Of a stretch of 64,000 nt of DNA, positions 51,908-61,226 are shown in pieces. A program made the translations under genes and the position numbers. The notes beneath the pieces are model-generated. The model did not search any database, was not told the origin of the DNA, and worked only from the letters and a program-made list of their open reading frames with translations. Position 1 is the stretch's first letter, and each line of letters opens with the position of its first letter. Source of the DNA: an uncultured Chloroflexia bacterium (lineage in GTDB: Bacteria; Chloroflexota; Anaerolineae; CG2-30-64-16); contig CAVZDU010000007.1 of the NCBI GenBank assembly GCA_963774265.1, positions 448,001-512,000 on the forward strand. The letters run 5' to 3'.

Positions 51908-52859
51908 CTTCCCTGTCCAAATGCTTCATCTCGAGCGCCAGGTGCTCGTCTATCACGAGCGCGGTCATCAGCCCGGCGCGGCAGGCGCCCAGAAAGGCGC
52001 GTGCTTTCTCGACGCCCGTGCCCACTGCCAGCACAGCAGGAATGTTCCTGAAGTCGTTCAGCAGCAAGGCCACTGTCCGCTCCCGGTTCCACGAATCCAA
52101 CAGGTTGCCCTCGATATCGAAGAACTGGGCGCAAGTCTCGCCGACTGCACCCAGGCCCAGGAGATAACGGGTGTCTTCCACCGACACGATGCCCGCGCTG
52201 CTGGCATACCGTGCCTGCTCCATGCTGAGCTCGGGCGTCACGGCTGCGATGCCGATGCAGGCCAGGCTGGCGTTCCGGGCTTTCTCCAGCGTGTCCCGGA
52301 TGCTCTCCTCGGCCAGCAGGGTTTGCCGCACGTGGTCATCCGAGACGAAAGAGGGGGCAAAGAGCGCGCCGGCCTGCGCATCCCAGCGCAGCGCAATCGC
52401 ACGTGCGACCTCGTTGGCGCCGATCGCAGATTGCCCCACCCAGCCCCCCATGGCGGGCAGGACCGCCAGGCCGGGGCGATGGGCGGGCCGTAGTTGGCGG
52501 GCCAGGGCGGTCAGCGTGCGACCGCCGGCTACGGTCACTGCGCCGCGGGCCGGCGCCACCCGTTCCACATAGGCTGCGCCCGCCTGCGCCACGGCTTCCA
52601 GCGCGTCCTGACCCCCCGCGGGAGCCGGCACGACCGCCACATAGGCCAGTCGGAAGCGCTTGCGCAGCCAGGATTCGAGCTGGAAGGCGCCCTCCGAGGG
52701 ACCGACCACCACGGTGCGCACCCAACCCCGCTCGCGGGCCAGCTTGAGAGCCCGGGAGACCGTAGAAGTGGAAACCGACAGGTCGCGCGCGATGGCTTCC
52801 TGAGGCATATTGTCCTCGAAGTGGCGCCGCGCCATGTCGAGTATCTGTTCGGTCTTCAC
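51891..52859 (-). CDS. SorC/DeoR (sugar-binding) transcriptional regulator
   Basis: HTH PQEAIARDLSVSTSTVSRAL, GGRT, GAVGE..., K...FLGA; GTG start at 52859 fits the upstream promoter. Confidence 0.9.
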   Translation of the reverse strand: MKTEQILDMARRHFEDNMPQEAIARDLSVSTSTVSRALKLARERGWVRTVVVGPSEGAFQLESWLRKRFRLAYVAVVPAPAGGQDALEAVAQAGAAYVERVAPARGAVTVAGGRTLTALARQLRPAHRPGLAVLPAMGGWVGQSAIGANEVARAIALRWDAQAGALFAPSFVSDDHVRQTLLAEESIRDTLEKARNASLACIGIAAVTPELSMEQARYASSAGIVSVEDTRYLLGLGAVGETCAQFFDIEGNLLDSWNRERTVALLLNDFRNIPAVLAVGTGVEKARAFLGACRAGLMTALVIDEHLALEMKHLDREDDNLC

Positions 52860-52881
52860 GCGATCTTCCCCGGGGACGGAG

Positions 52882-52943
52882 TTGACAAGAAATTGCAGGT
52901 CTGCAATAATGTGCATTGTAATCTCCTTGACGCTAATTGTCAA
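52882..52943. promoter_or_regulatory. Overlapping divergent promoters with a central palindromic operator
   Basis: Minus strand TTGACA(52943-52938)-17-TACAAT(52920-52915); plus strand TTGACA(52882-52887)-17-AATAAT with TG extension; dyad ATTGCAG-GT-CTGCAAT 52892-52907. Confidence 0.78.
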
Positions 52944-52967
52944 ATCACCCCGAATCCAGGAGGAGAG

Positions 52968-53954
52968 ATGGCAGCCAAACCCTACGCTGTCGGCCTTGAC
53001 ATTGGCGGCACCAAGATCGCGGCGGGCCTGCTCGATGCGGCGGGCAACATCGTTGCACGCCACAGAACCCGGGGCCACGCGGGCCAGCCCCCCGAGGTGG
53101 TGATCGACGCGACCGTGCAGGTCTTCGAGGAGTTGCTGCGCCACGCCGGAGTACGGCCTGGGGAGATCTGCGGGGTGGGAACGGGCGTCACCGGCCACGT
53201 GCATGGGGAGGCCGGGGTGGTGCTGACCAGCAGCAACCTGCCGGCGTGGGACATGCACCCCCTGCGCGATCGTCTCGCTGACTGCCTGGGTCTTCCGGTG
53301 ATCCTGGAGAACGATGCCAACTGCAGCGCGTGGGGGGAGTATTGTTTCGGGGCTGGCCGCGGCTCGCGCTTCATGACCTACGTCACCTTCAGCACGGGCG
53401 TAGGCATGGGCATTATCCTGGAAGGCCGGCTGCTGCGCGGCGCGACCGGCACGGCCGGTGAGATTGGCCACGCGGTGGTGGATGTCAACGGTCCCCTCTG
53501 CAGCTGCGGCAAGCGCGGGTGCGTCATGAGCTACGCCTCCGGCCTTGCCATCAGCCGCATGACTTGCGAGCGCGTGGCCAGCGACGACCCCACGCTCCTG
53601 CACGACCTTTGCGGCACAGAGGCCGAGCATATCAGCGGTGAGGTGGTGGCCGAAGCCGCCCGGCGCGGTGACCCGGCGGCGCTCGAGATCCTTGAGACGG
53701 CTGGTTATTACCTCGGGGTCGGCCTGTCGACGGTGGTGCAGGTCCTCAACCCGGACCGCATCGTGCTGGGCGGCGGCCTGCTCAGCGCCCGAGACCTGTT
53801 CATGGGAGCCTGCATGCGCGGCCTGAACGAGAACATCCATCCGGTCCTGCGTGGGTCGGCCGAGATTGTGTTCAACACACTGGGTGAGGACAGCGGCATC
53901 ATGGGCGCCGCACAGATGGCGCGGACGGCAGACCTGCAGCCGAGAAAGGGGTGA
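52968..53954 (+). CDS. ROK family sugar kinase
   Basis: GLDIGGTKI, ENDAN, STGVG, GEIGH, CSCGKRGC; no HTH. Confidence 0.93.
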   Translation: MAAKPYAVGLDIGGTKIAAGLLDAAGNIVARHRTRGHAGQPPEVVIDATVQVFEELLRHAGVRPGEICGVGTGVTGHVHGEAGVVLTSSNLPAWDMHPLRDRLADCLGLPVILENDANCSAWGEYCFGAGRGSRFMTYVTFSTGVGMGIILEGRLLRGATGTAGEIGHAVVDVNGPLCSCGKRGCVMSYASGLAISRMTCERVASDDPTLLHDLCGTEAEHISGEVVAEAARRGDPAALEILETAGYYLGVGLSTVVQVLNPDRIVLGGGLLSARDLFMGACMRGLNENIHPVLRGSAEIVFNTLGEDSGIMGAAQMARTADLQPRKG

Positions 53955-53962
53955 AGATAACC

Positions 53963-55066
53963 ATGTCCCGCGAGAGCCTTGTATTCGTTGGCACGTACAC
54001 CGAGCCAATCCGTTTTGGAACCGGCCAGATCCTTGAGGGGAAGGGCAAGGGTATCTACGTCTATCGGTTCGATGCTGATACAGGATCGCTCGAACCGTTC
54101 AGCCTGACTGAGGGGGTGCGAAACCCGTCCTTCGTGGCCGTCCATCCCTCTCGTCGCTTCCTGTATGCTGTCAACGAGATGAAGGAATTCGAAGGCCAGG
54201 CAAGCGGAGCAATCAGCGCCTTTGCGCTCGAACAGGCGACCGGGCGCTTGACGTTTCTGAACCAGAAGCCCACCCATGGGACGGACCCCTGCCACGTGAT
54301 CGTCGATCCCACCGGTCGATGGGTGCTCGTGGCCAATTACTCCAGCGGGAGCGTGTGCGTCCTGCCGATCCACACGGACGGCTCCCTGGGTGATGCCAGT
54401 CATGTCGTACGGCACCAGGGATCGAGTGTGGATCCGGTGCGGCAGACGGGGCCACATGCCCATGGCGTCACCTTCGACGCAAGCGGGCGCTTCGGTTTTG
54501 TGCCTGACCTGGGCATGGACAAGGTGATGCTCTATGAATTTGACACCCTGGCCGGCGCCTTGAAACCATGTGCCACACCCTGGGTCCAGACGCGGCCGGG
54601 CGCCGGCCCGCGCCAGCTGGTGATGCATCCTCAAGGGCGGTATGCCTATCTCATCAACGAGCTTGACTCAACGATCACGGCCTTCGGAACCGACGCCGTG
54701 GGCAGCCTCCGAGAGATCCAGACAGTCTCGACGCTCCCCCATGACTTTACTGGGAGCAGCTCAGGCGCGACGGTGCAGGTCTCTCCCCAGGGAGATTACC
54801 TCTACGGCTCCAATCGTGGCGCTGACTCGATCGTAATCTATGCGATCGATCAGACAGAGGGCACACTCACCTGTATCGGCCATGAGAGTACGCGGGGGCG
54901 TGTCCCCCGGAACTTCACTGTGGATCCAAGCGGTGAGTGGCTGCTCGTCGCCAACCAGCATTCGGACAATATCGTGGTGTTCCGCGTGGATCGACCTTCG
55001 GGTGGGCTCGTGGCGACCGGTGATGGCGCGGCAGTCCCTGCACCCGTGTGCGTCGTTTTTCTGTGA
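53963..55066 (+). CDS. Beta-propeller lactonase (6-phosphogluconolactonase-like)
   Basis: VGTYT, NPSF, ANYSSG, RQ.GPHAH, DLG.D, GAGPR, SNRG, PRNF. Confidence 0.92.
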   Translation: MSRESLVFVGTYTEPIRFGTGQILEGKGKGIYVYRFDADTGSLEPFSLTEGVRNPSFVAVHPSRRFLYAVNEMKEFEGQASGAISAFALEQATGRLTFLNQKPTHGTDPCHVIVDPTGRWVLVANYSSGSVCVLPIHTDGSLGDASHVVRHQGSSVDPVRQTGPHAHGVTFDASGRFGFVPDLGMDKVMLYEFDTLAGALKPCATPWVQTRPGAGPRQLVMHPQGRYAYLINELDSTITAFGTDAVGSLREIQTVSTLPHDFTGSSSGATVQVSPQGDYLYGSNRGADSIVIYAIDQTEGTLTCIGHESTRGRVPRNFTVDPSGEWLLVANQHSDNIVVFRVDRPSGGLVATGDGAAVPAPVCVVFL

Positions 55067-55094
55067 GCCTGCAGCCGAAGGCACGAGAGGACCG

Positions 55095-56108
55095 ATGATG
55101 AACGAAGAGACCGCGCGCCGGAACCTGCTGGCCGATGTGGCGGCTATGTATTACCTAAAGCAGATGACTCAGGGCGAGATCGCGGACTCCCTGGGTTTGT
55201 CCCGGATCAAGGTGCACCGGCTCCTCAAGGAAGCCCGGGATGAAAATATCGTCGAGATCACGATCCATCGCGCGCTCCCGCGCCATGACCGGTTCGAAGA
55301 GGGACTGAAGGAGCGGTTCGGGCTGCGCGAGGCGCTGGTCCTGGACACCGCCGGGCTGAATGAGGCGGAGACCGGCCGCGGCCTTGGCGAGATCACGGCC
55401 AGCTACCTGGAAGGGCTGCTGGCGCCGGATTCCACCATTGCCCTCTGTCTCGGGCGTTCGACCTACGAAGTCGTCCAGGCGATCCGTCCCCGCCTGCGCA
55501 GCAGCGTGCGCGTGGCCCAGGCCTCCGGCAGCATCTCCTTCGCGGTGCGGGACCTGGATAGCATGACTGTGGTCCGCCAGCTGGCCAACAAGCTGGGCGG
55601 CGAGGTGCTCTACCTGCCCTCACCCATGGTCGCCGACAGCCCGGAAGGCGCAGCGGTGCTGCGCCGCCAGCGTGATATCGAGCGGACCCTGGCTGCGGCT
55701 GCGTCGGCCGACCTGGCCTTGCTGGGCATAGGCAACCTCGATAGCTTCCGGACGCACCTGATGAGTGCGGCGGGGCTGGATCCTTCGGAAGTCGAGGCCA
55801 TGAAACAGGCCGGGGCCATCGGCGATATGGCCGGCCAGGTGATCACCGTTGAAGGCAAAGTCTATCCGAGCGACCTGGCGGAACGCCTCATAGGACTGAG
55901 CCTGGAAGACTTGAGGCGCATTCCCATCGTGATTGCGGTTGCATTTGGCCTCGCCAAGGCAGCCGCAATCCTGGGCGCCCTGCGCACGGGCGCCATCGAT
56001 GTGCTAGCCACTGATGATGGCGCAGCCGGCGAGATTTTGAGGCTGGAGGGGGCTGCGCACAGGAAAGGTGATGCGGGAACGGCCCGTCCATTCACCCACC
56101 CCCTTTGA
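55095..56108 (+). CDS. SorC/DeoR (sugar-binding) transcriptional regulator
   Basis: YY..QMTQGEIADSLGLSRIKVHRLL, GRS, GAIGD, KAAAILGAL, LATD. Confidence 0.92.
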   Translation: MMNEETARRNLLADVAAMYYLKQMTQGEIADSLGLSRIKVHRLLKEARDENIVEITIHRALPRHDRFEEGLKERFGLREALVLDTAGLNEAETGRGLGEITASYLEGLLAPDSTIALCLGRSTYEVVQAIRPRLRSSVRVAQASGSISFAVRDLDSMTVVRQLANKLGGEVLYLPSPMVADSPEGAAVLRRQRDIERTLAAAASADLALLGIGNLDSFRTHLMSAAGLDPSEVEAMKQAGAIGDMAGQVITVEGKVYPSDLAERLIGLSLEDLRRIPIVIAVAFGLAKAAAILGALRTGAIDVLATDDGAAGEILRLEGAAHRKGDAGTARPFTHPL

Positions 56109-56179
56109 GGAGTCTTTCGCGGCGGCTGACGCGCTGAACACCGAATGGTCCTGGCATCGGGACCTGGCCGGCGGGCTTT

Positions 56180-57786
56180 TCAGGCCTGCTCCTGGAATGT
56201 CAGGACAAAACACACGTGGTGGTTCCAGGGCAGCCCCATGCCGGCCACGACATCCGCGACTGCTCCGTCGGCAGTCGCAAACATGATGCCGTTCTTCAGC
56301 TGCGGGTCGAAGTTGACGAACATGGGCATGTTCGCCTCGCCGCGTTCATCGGTGGTCGCGAACACCGGGACTCATCTGCCTGTCGCCCCACCCAATCTGC
56401 CACGAACCTGACTCCCGCTGCAGGCGCGCCATTCCCCCGCAGAGCCTTGACATAAATGTGGTGCTTGCCCTCGGATTGCGTATCGTCCCGATATTCGGCC
56501 TGGATCAGCCGCCATCTCATGCCCGCGGGTGCGCTTTGCAGGCGCACGCCCAGGTCATCCAGGCGGGGGTCCCACTTGAGGCCGACCGGCTGGGGCTCGG
56601 TCGCCGGACCGGGGTCGGGGATTGGGTCCGGGTTGGGCGCCGGATGCGGATCGGGCTGCACGTCGATCGGCGCAGGCGCGGCGCCCTCCCACGAGAACCG
56701 CCGCACGAATTCGGGGATGGATTGCATCGCCTCGATGGTCTGGTCGAGCTTCCCGGTCGGAGACAGGCTGTTGCCCCACCAGTTTTGGGCCGCGAAAGTC
56801 CACGACCCTGCGATCCAGGACGTGATGCTGAACAGATAGTCCGGCGTCGGCTCGCCGTTGGAGAGCACCCCCGTCCGCAGCCAGTCATACATCTCCTTGT
56901 GGTACTGCGCGTGCAGCGGCCATTCCACCTTAGGGTAGTGCTTGTCTTCGTCGTTGTACAGCCACCAGCCGCCCTCGCCGCCGATGATGGGCAGCACGAA
57001 GCCCAGCCTCTCCTGCATCCAGGCCGCGTGCGCCAGGAATTTCAGCGCGCCGATGTGATCCTGCAGGATCGTCATGCCCGGGTGTTCCCCTTGCTTGATT
57101 GCGTCATAGGGGTAGGCCGGCGGGTGATTCTGGCCGTAATTATGATGGACAAAGAACGCCCGATCCCAGATGTGCTGCTGCCCGTTCCTGGCCACGGCGT
57201 CCACCGCTTCATCGAAACCGAAGCGATCCAGCACCTGAATGCCCACATAGCCGCCCGCGGCGACGATGCTCGGCGCCTCTCTCGCCCATGTCTCACCGAA
57301 TCGCCGCGCCCAGTCCCCGGGAAGCGCCCCGTCCGTCCACTCGCGCAAATCCTCTGGCTCGTTGTACAGCTGCACGTAGAGCGGTTCGGGTTCGCCGCCC
57401 CAGCCCGTGGCTTGCCACGCCCGGCGCAGGCCGTGCACGAACTGCGCCGGGTCAACGGATTCATCGACCTGTCGACCGATGCGTACGACGGGCATTATGC
57501 CGGCGGCGAAACAAGCGCGGCCTGCGCGTTCTGTCTGGAGCTCGTCCTGTGCGTAGATCAACGTCCACGTCGCCCGGATCGCTTTCAGGTTCTCCACGGT
57601 TTCGGCAATGAAGTGGTCGCGCAGGTCCAGGTGAAAGTGCAGGCCGATGCCATTGTCGCGCGGCGGTCGCGGGTAGCGGCGCAAACGGTGTACGTTGTCT
57701 TCGTCGAGGGCCACGGTGGGCGGTCGAAGAGCGGCCGGCCGTGGAGCGTCCGTATCACGCGGGAGAGGGAGGTGGTTGAGCGACAT
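56180..57786 (-). CDS. Hypothetical protein: glycoside-hydrolase-like barrel, Pro-rich linker, C-terminal beta domain (frameshift near 56370)
   Basis: YNEP, HHNY and IGGEGG resemble clan-A GH motifs; PDPHPAPNPDPIPDP linker; the shifted frame ends VAGMGLPWNHHVCFVLTFQ. Confidence 0.7.
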
Positions 57787-57880
57787 GGGTCCTCCTTTCG
57801 AGAGTGTATCTATTGCTACACTACTTGCATCTGACTCAATGTAGAATCATTGTAACGCAATTGAGCATGAGGAGAGTGTG

Positions 57881-58837
57881 ATGCAGCCATCGGTTCATGG
57901 AATTCACCACGTCACCGCGATTGCCGGTGATCCACAGGAAAACCTTGACTTTTACGTGGGCGTGATGGGGCTTCGGTTGGTCAAGAAATCGGTCAACCAG
58001 GATGTCACCAACACCTACCATCTGTTTTACGCGGACGAAAAGGGCACGCCGGGAACGGATCTGACGTTCTTTCCCTGGCCCGACATGGGCCCTGCGCGGC
58101 TGGGTGTGGGCTTCACGGTAGAAGTCTCATTCGCCGCGCCGCCCGGCAGCCTGCCATACTGGCGCGACCGCTTGAGCCGTGCAGGCGTGGATCTGGCCCG
58201 GGAGGAGACGCGCTTCGGTGAAACGGTCCTGCCATTCCGCGATCCGCATGGGCTCCCGCTTGCGCTTGTTGCAACGAAGGCGGAGCGGCCCTTCAGGGTC
58301 TGGGAGGAAAGCCCGGTGCCGGTGACCTACCAGGTGCGCGGCATGCACTCGGTTCGCCTCTGGGAGCGCGATCTGGGCGCGACCGAGGCGCTGCTCACGC
58401 GGGTGATGGGCTTCGAGTCGCGGGGGGCGGAGGACGGCTGGCTGCGTTTTGCCGTGGATGGCGGCGCGCCCGGTGGGCTGATCGACATCAAGGCGATGCC
58501 CGGTGAGCGACGCGGCCAGTGGGGCACGGGCGGGGTGCATCACGTCGCATGGCGCGTGGCGGACGATGCCGAAGAAATGGCGTTGCGCGGGAAGATCGAG
58601 GCCGTCGGGCTGAGCCCCACGCCTCAGATCGATCGTTTTTGGTTCCGCTCGGTCTACTTCCGCGAGCCCGGCGGCGTGCTCTTCGAGCTGGCGACCGATG
58701 GACCCGGCTTCGCCCACGATGAGGACCAGGCGCACCTGGGCGAGCAGTTGATCCTGCCGCCGTGGCTGGAGGGGCAGCGCGGAGGGATCGAGCGGTCGCT
58801 GCAGCCGCTGACTGCGCCGCGCGTGCTGGTCGCGTAA
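57881..58837 (+). CDS. VOC ring-cleaving dioxygenase (MhqA/MhqO-like)
   Basis: GIHHVTAI, VKKSVNQD, YHLFY, VHHVAW, DRFWFRSVYFREPGG.LFELAT. Confidence 0.93.
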   Translation: MQPSVHGIHHVTAIAGDPQENLDFYVGVMGLRLVKKSVNQDVTNTYHLFYADEKGTPGTDLTFFPWPDMGPARLGVGFTVEVSFAAPPGSLPYWRDRLSRAGVDLAREETRFGETVLPFRDPHGLPLALVATKAERPFRVWEESPVPVTYQVRGMHSVRLWERDLGATEALLTRVMGFESRGAEDGWLRFAVDGGAPGGLIDIKAMPGERRGQWGTGGVHHVAWRVADDAEEMALRGKIEAVGLSPTPQIDRFWFRSVYFREPGGVLFELATDGPGFAHDEDQAHLGEQLILPPWLEGQRGGIERSLQPLTAPRVLVA

Positions 58838-58876
58838 AGGAAGATTGAAGTATGCGCCCTTACGGAGCCTTATCCG

Positions 58877-59929
58877 ATGATTGACCGCCACGACCTTCTT
58901 AGCCGCATGCGTGAAGCGTTGGCCGACCTCTACGACGACCCGAGGAGCGCGAGACGCGTCGTAGATGATGCCGGCCTCGACGCAGCCCGGATCGAACGCG
59001 CCGACCGCGTGGTTAACTTCTGGCACAGCATCCTGCGAGAGGCCGAGCGCCAGGGAAAGATGGATGAGCTGCTGGCGCTGGCGATCAAGGAGTATCCGGC
59101 ACGTACCGATCTGGCGGCCCTGCGCGAAGAGTATCGCACCCTGAGCGTAGCCAGGAAGGAACCGCCACCCACGCCGCGCGAGCCGGAGCCAGCGCAGCCG
59201 CGAGCGCAGACGTCGGAGCGCACGCTGCCGCGCACGCCGCCGCGCACGATCGAGCGCGTACCGAAGCCGGCGCCGAGGTTGTCGTGGCTGTGGCTGGCAG
59301 CGGGCCTGGTGATCGTGGCGGTCGTGGTCGTGCTGGCCACCCGTCGCGGCACGCTCAACGCGACGCCCACGAACACAAATGCGGTGACCGCCCTAGCGAC
59401 GCGGACACTCGTTCCCGCCGCGGCCCGGCCGGCGACCGATCTTCCGGCGGCCGCCGCCGCTCCATCCGTGGCGCCGGCCGCTCCATCCCCAGCGTCAACC
59501 GCCGCCCCGCAAGCAGGACTTCCGGAGTGCTTCGAGGGGTATTTCGGCGGAGTGACCAGTGCCAGAGTGACCACCCTGGAGCCAGGAACGAACGATTTTG
59601 ACCTGACCGGGGTGGACTTGAAAGTGGCGGAGCCGATTGGGTTCATGTTCACCCTGAATGACCAGCCCATTGGAGCGATGAGATTCAGATTCGTGAAGGC
59701 CAACCAGTTCTTCAGGATTGAGAGTGTTGTCGATTCTCGATGCGAGAAGATCGAGGGTTACCTGAACGCATCCCGGGGCGGGGACAAGAACGTCCTCCAA
59801 CAGTGGGATACGTTGCAGCTGACTCTCGACAACCAGGCCTACGCGTTGCAGATGGGTGTATGGGCTCCCGAGGACGCTCCTGACAAAGGACTCATCCGAG
59901 TAGATTTCGGAGAGCCGGCGCCTCCCTGA
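58877..59929 (+). CDS. Single-pass membrane protein with N-terminal effector-associated domain 1 (EAD1)-like region
   Basis: N-terminal REALADLY...ARRVVDDAGL...WHSILREAE..G...LL...EYP; Pro/Arg linker; TM; Ala/Pro stalk; external domain with two Cys. Confidence 0.72.
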   Translation: MIDRHDLLSRMREALADLYDDPRSARRVVDDAGLDAARIERADRVVNFWHSILREAERQGKMDELLALAIKEYPARTDLAALREEYRTLSVARKEPPPTPREPEPAQPRAQTSERTLPRTPPRTIERVPKPAPRLSWLWLAAGLVIVAVVVVLATRRGTLNATPTNTNAVTALATRTLVPAAARPATDLPAAAAAPSVAPAAPSPASTAAPQAGLPECFEGYFGGVTSARVTTLEPGTNDFDLTGVDLKVAEPIGFMFTLNDQPIGAMRFRFVKANQFFRIESVVDSRCEKIEGYLNASRGGDKNVLQQWDTLQLTLDNQAYALQMGVWAPEDAPDKGLIRVDFGEPAPP

Positions 59930-60080
59930 TCGACTGCTGTTTGGCGCGACGGCTGGACCACGTGCGCGCCGGCCACCAGGACCCGCGCGCAACCAAGTAT
60001 GCGGCGCATCTCAGGATACGGCGCTGCAATGTAGAACCGGCATCCAGGCCACAGAGGGCGCCTCTTCATGCTCCAACCGC

Positions 60081-60913
60081 TCACTGCGCCGGCGTGATTA
60101 GCACGTCGTCCACGTAGCGGATGGAAGCCGCGTTGGGATCGCTGCTCCACATCTCAATCCATGGGCGCAGATTCGTGGCTGCTTTCAGCGCGGTGGCATC
60201 GTTCGGCGTGTGGGTACCGATCAGTGTCCCGTCAACGTAAAAGCGCAGCCCCATCGTGGTAGGGTTGGCCTCGAGGCGCACGGTCCGCCATGTGTCGTAG
60301 TCGACCGGCATCGCTTTGGTGGTGTACTCATCATACCAGGAGTCGCCGGCTTTACTCCTGACACGGCACCGAATAGATGCCTGCGGTTCGGTTGGATGCC
60401 CTACTAGTTGGCAATTGGTGATCCACTCACGTCCGGCAATATCCGGCGAGTAAATGTGGAGGCCGTGGCATCCCATTTCGAAACACGGTTCGCGCCTTCG
60501 GCGATCCAGTCGCCCGCCTGACCGATGGACAGGAGGAAATCGCCGCTCGATGTGAATTTCATCATACGGTGCCCGGATTGCTCGGTAATGTAAACGTTAC
60601 CGGATGAGTCAACCGTGATGCCCCACGGCCGGAACAGGTGATCGTTGTCAGCCAGGTAGGGCACGCGCGTCTCCCCGTACGTCCGCACGTACCGGTAGCT
60701 CAGCCCAGGCTGGCCAAGGTCGACCGCTGCACTTGCGGGTGCGGTCGCAGGCTGCACGAACGGCCCGGCGACCGGATCCCGCCAGGCCTCGGCAGTGGGA
60801 GTGTCATTGGCTTGACCGGGCCGATAATCCGATTCGGGTGGCTGGGCCGATACGGTCAGGAACGAGGCAAGGACGAGCACGATGATGAGGATGAACAGCG
60901 TGGCAGACTTCAT
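60081..60913 (-). pseudogene. Secreted NHL-repeat protein collapsed onto a ConA-like C-terminal domain (frame break near 60480)
   Basis: Signal peptide, about 1.5 NHL repeats (LFRPWGITVDSSGNVYITEQSGHRM), then in another frame WRTVRLE...FYVDG...YVDDV. Confidence 0.55.
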
Positions 60914-61226
60914 GTAGCAGATCCCGGAGCTGAGTGGATAACGCACGGGCTAGGCAATGATGAGTCAGCGGTCGGCAGCCATTTAGATGACGACGTTTGT
61001 GCGAAGAATCACTATTCCGAACGCACTGCGCGCTCTTCACCACCGTCTACTTGGCACGACTAACGCCCTACTCCCACGATCTCGTCACAGCAAACCGTAG
61101 ACTGATGCTTTTGTGTGTGCGCCTACCCGCAAGTACCCTGGCAGTCGAACTCAAATGGTGGCGCCGCAGCAAGGGCGGGCGTGACACGGTGCAACCGCGG
61201 CTCGCCCCCCTGGAAACGCCAAAGAA

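Noticed and set aside
52860-54008. 705-aa ORF 51891..54008 as one protein
   Set aside because: The N-terminal part is the antisense shadow of the ROK gene and crosses a clear promoter; only the SorC part is real.
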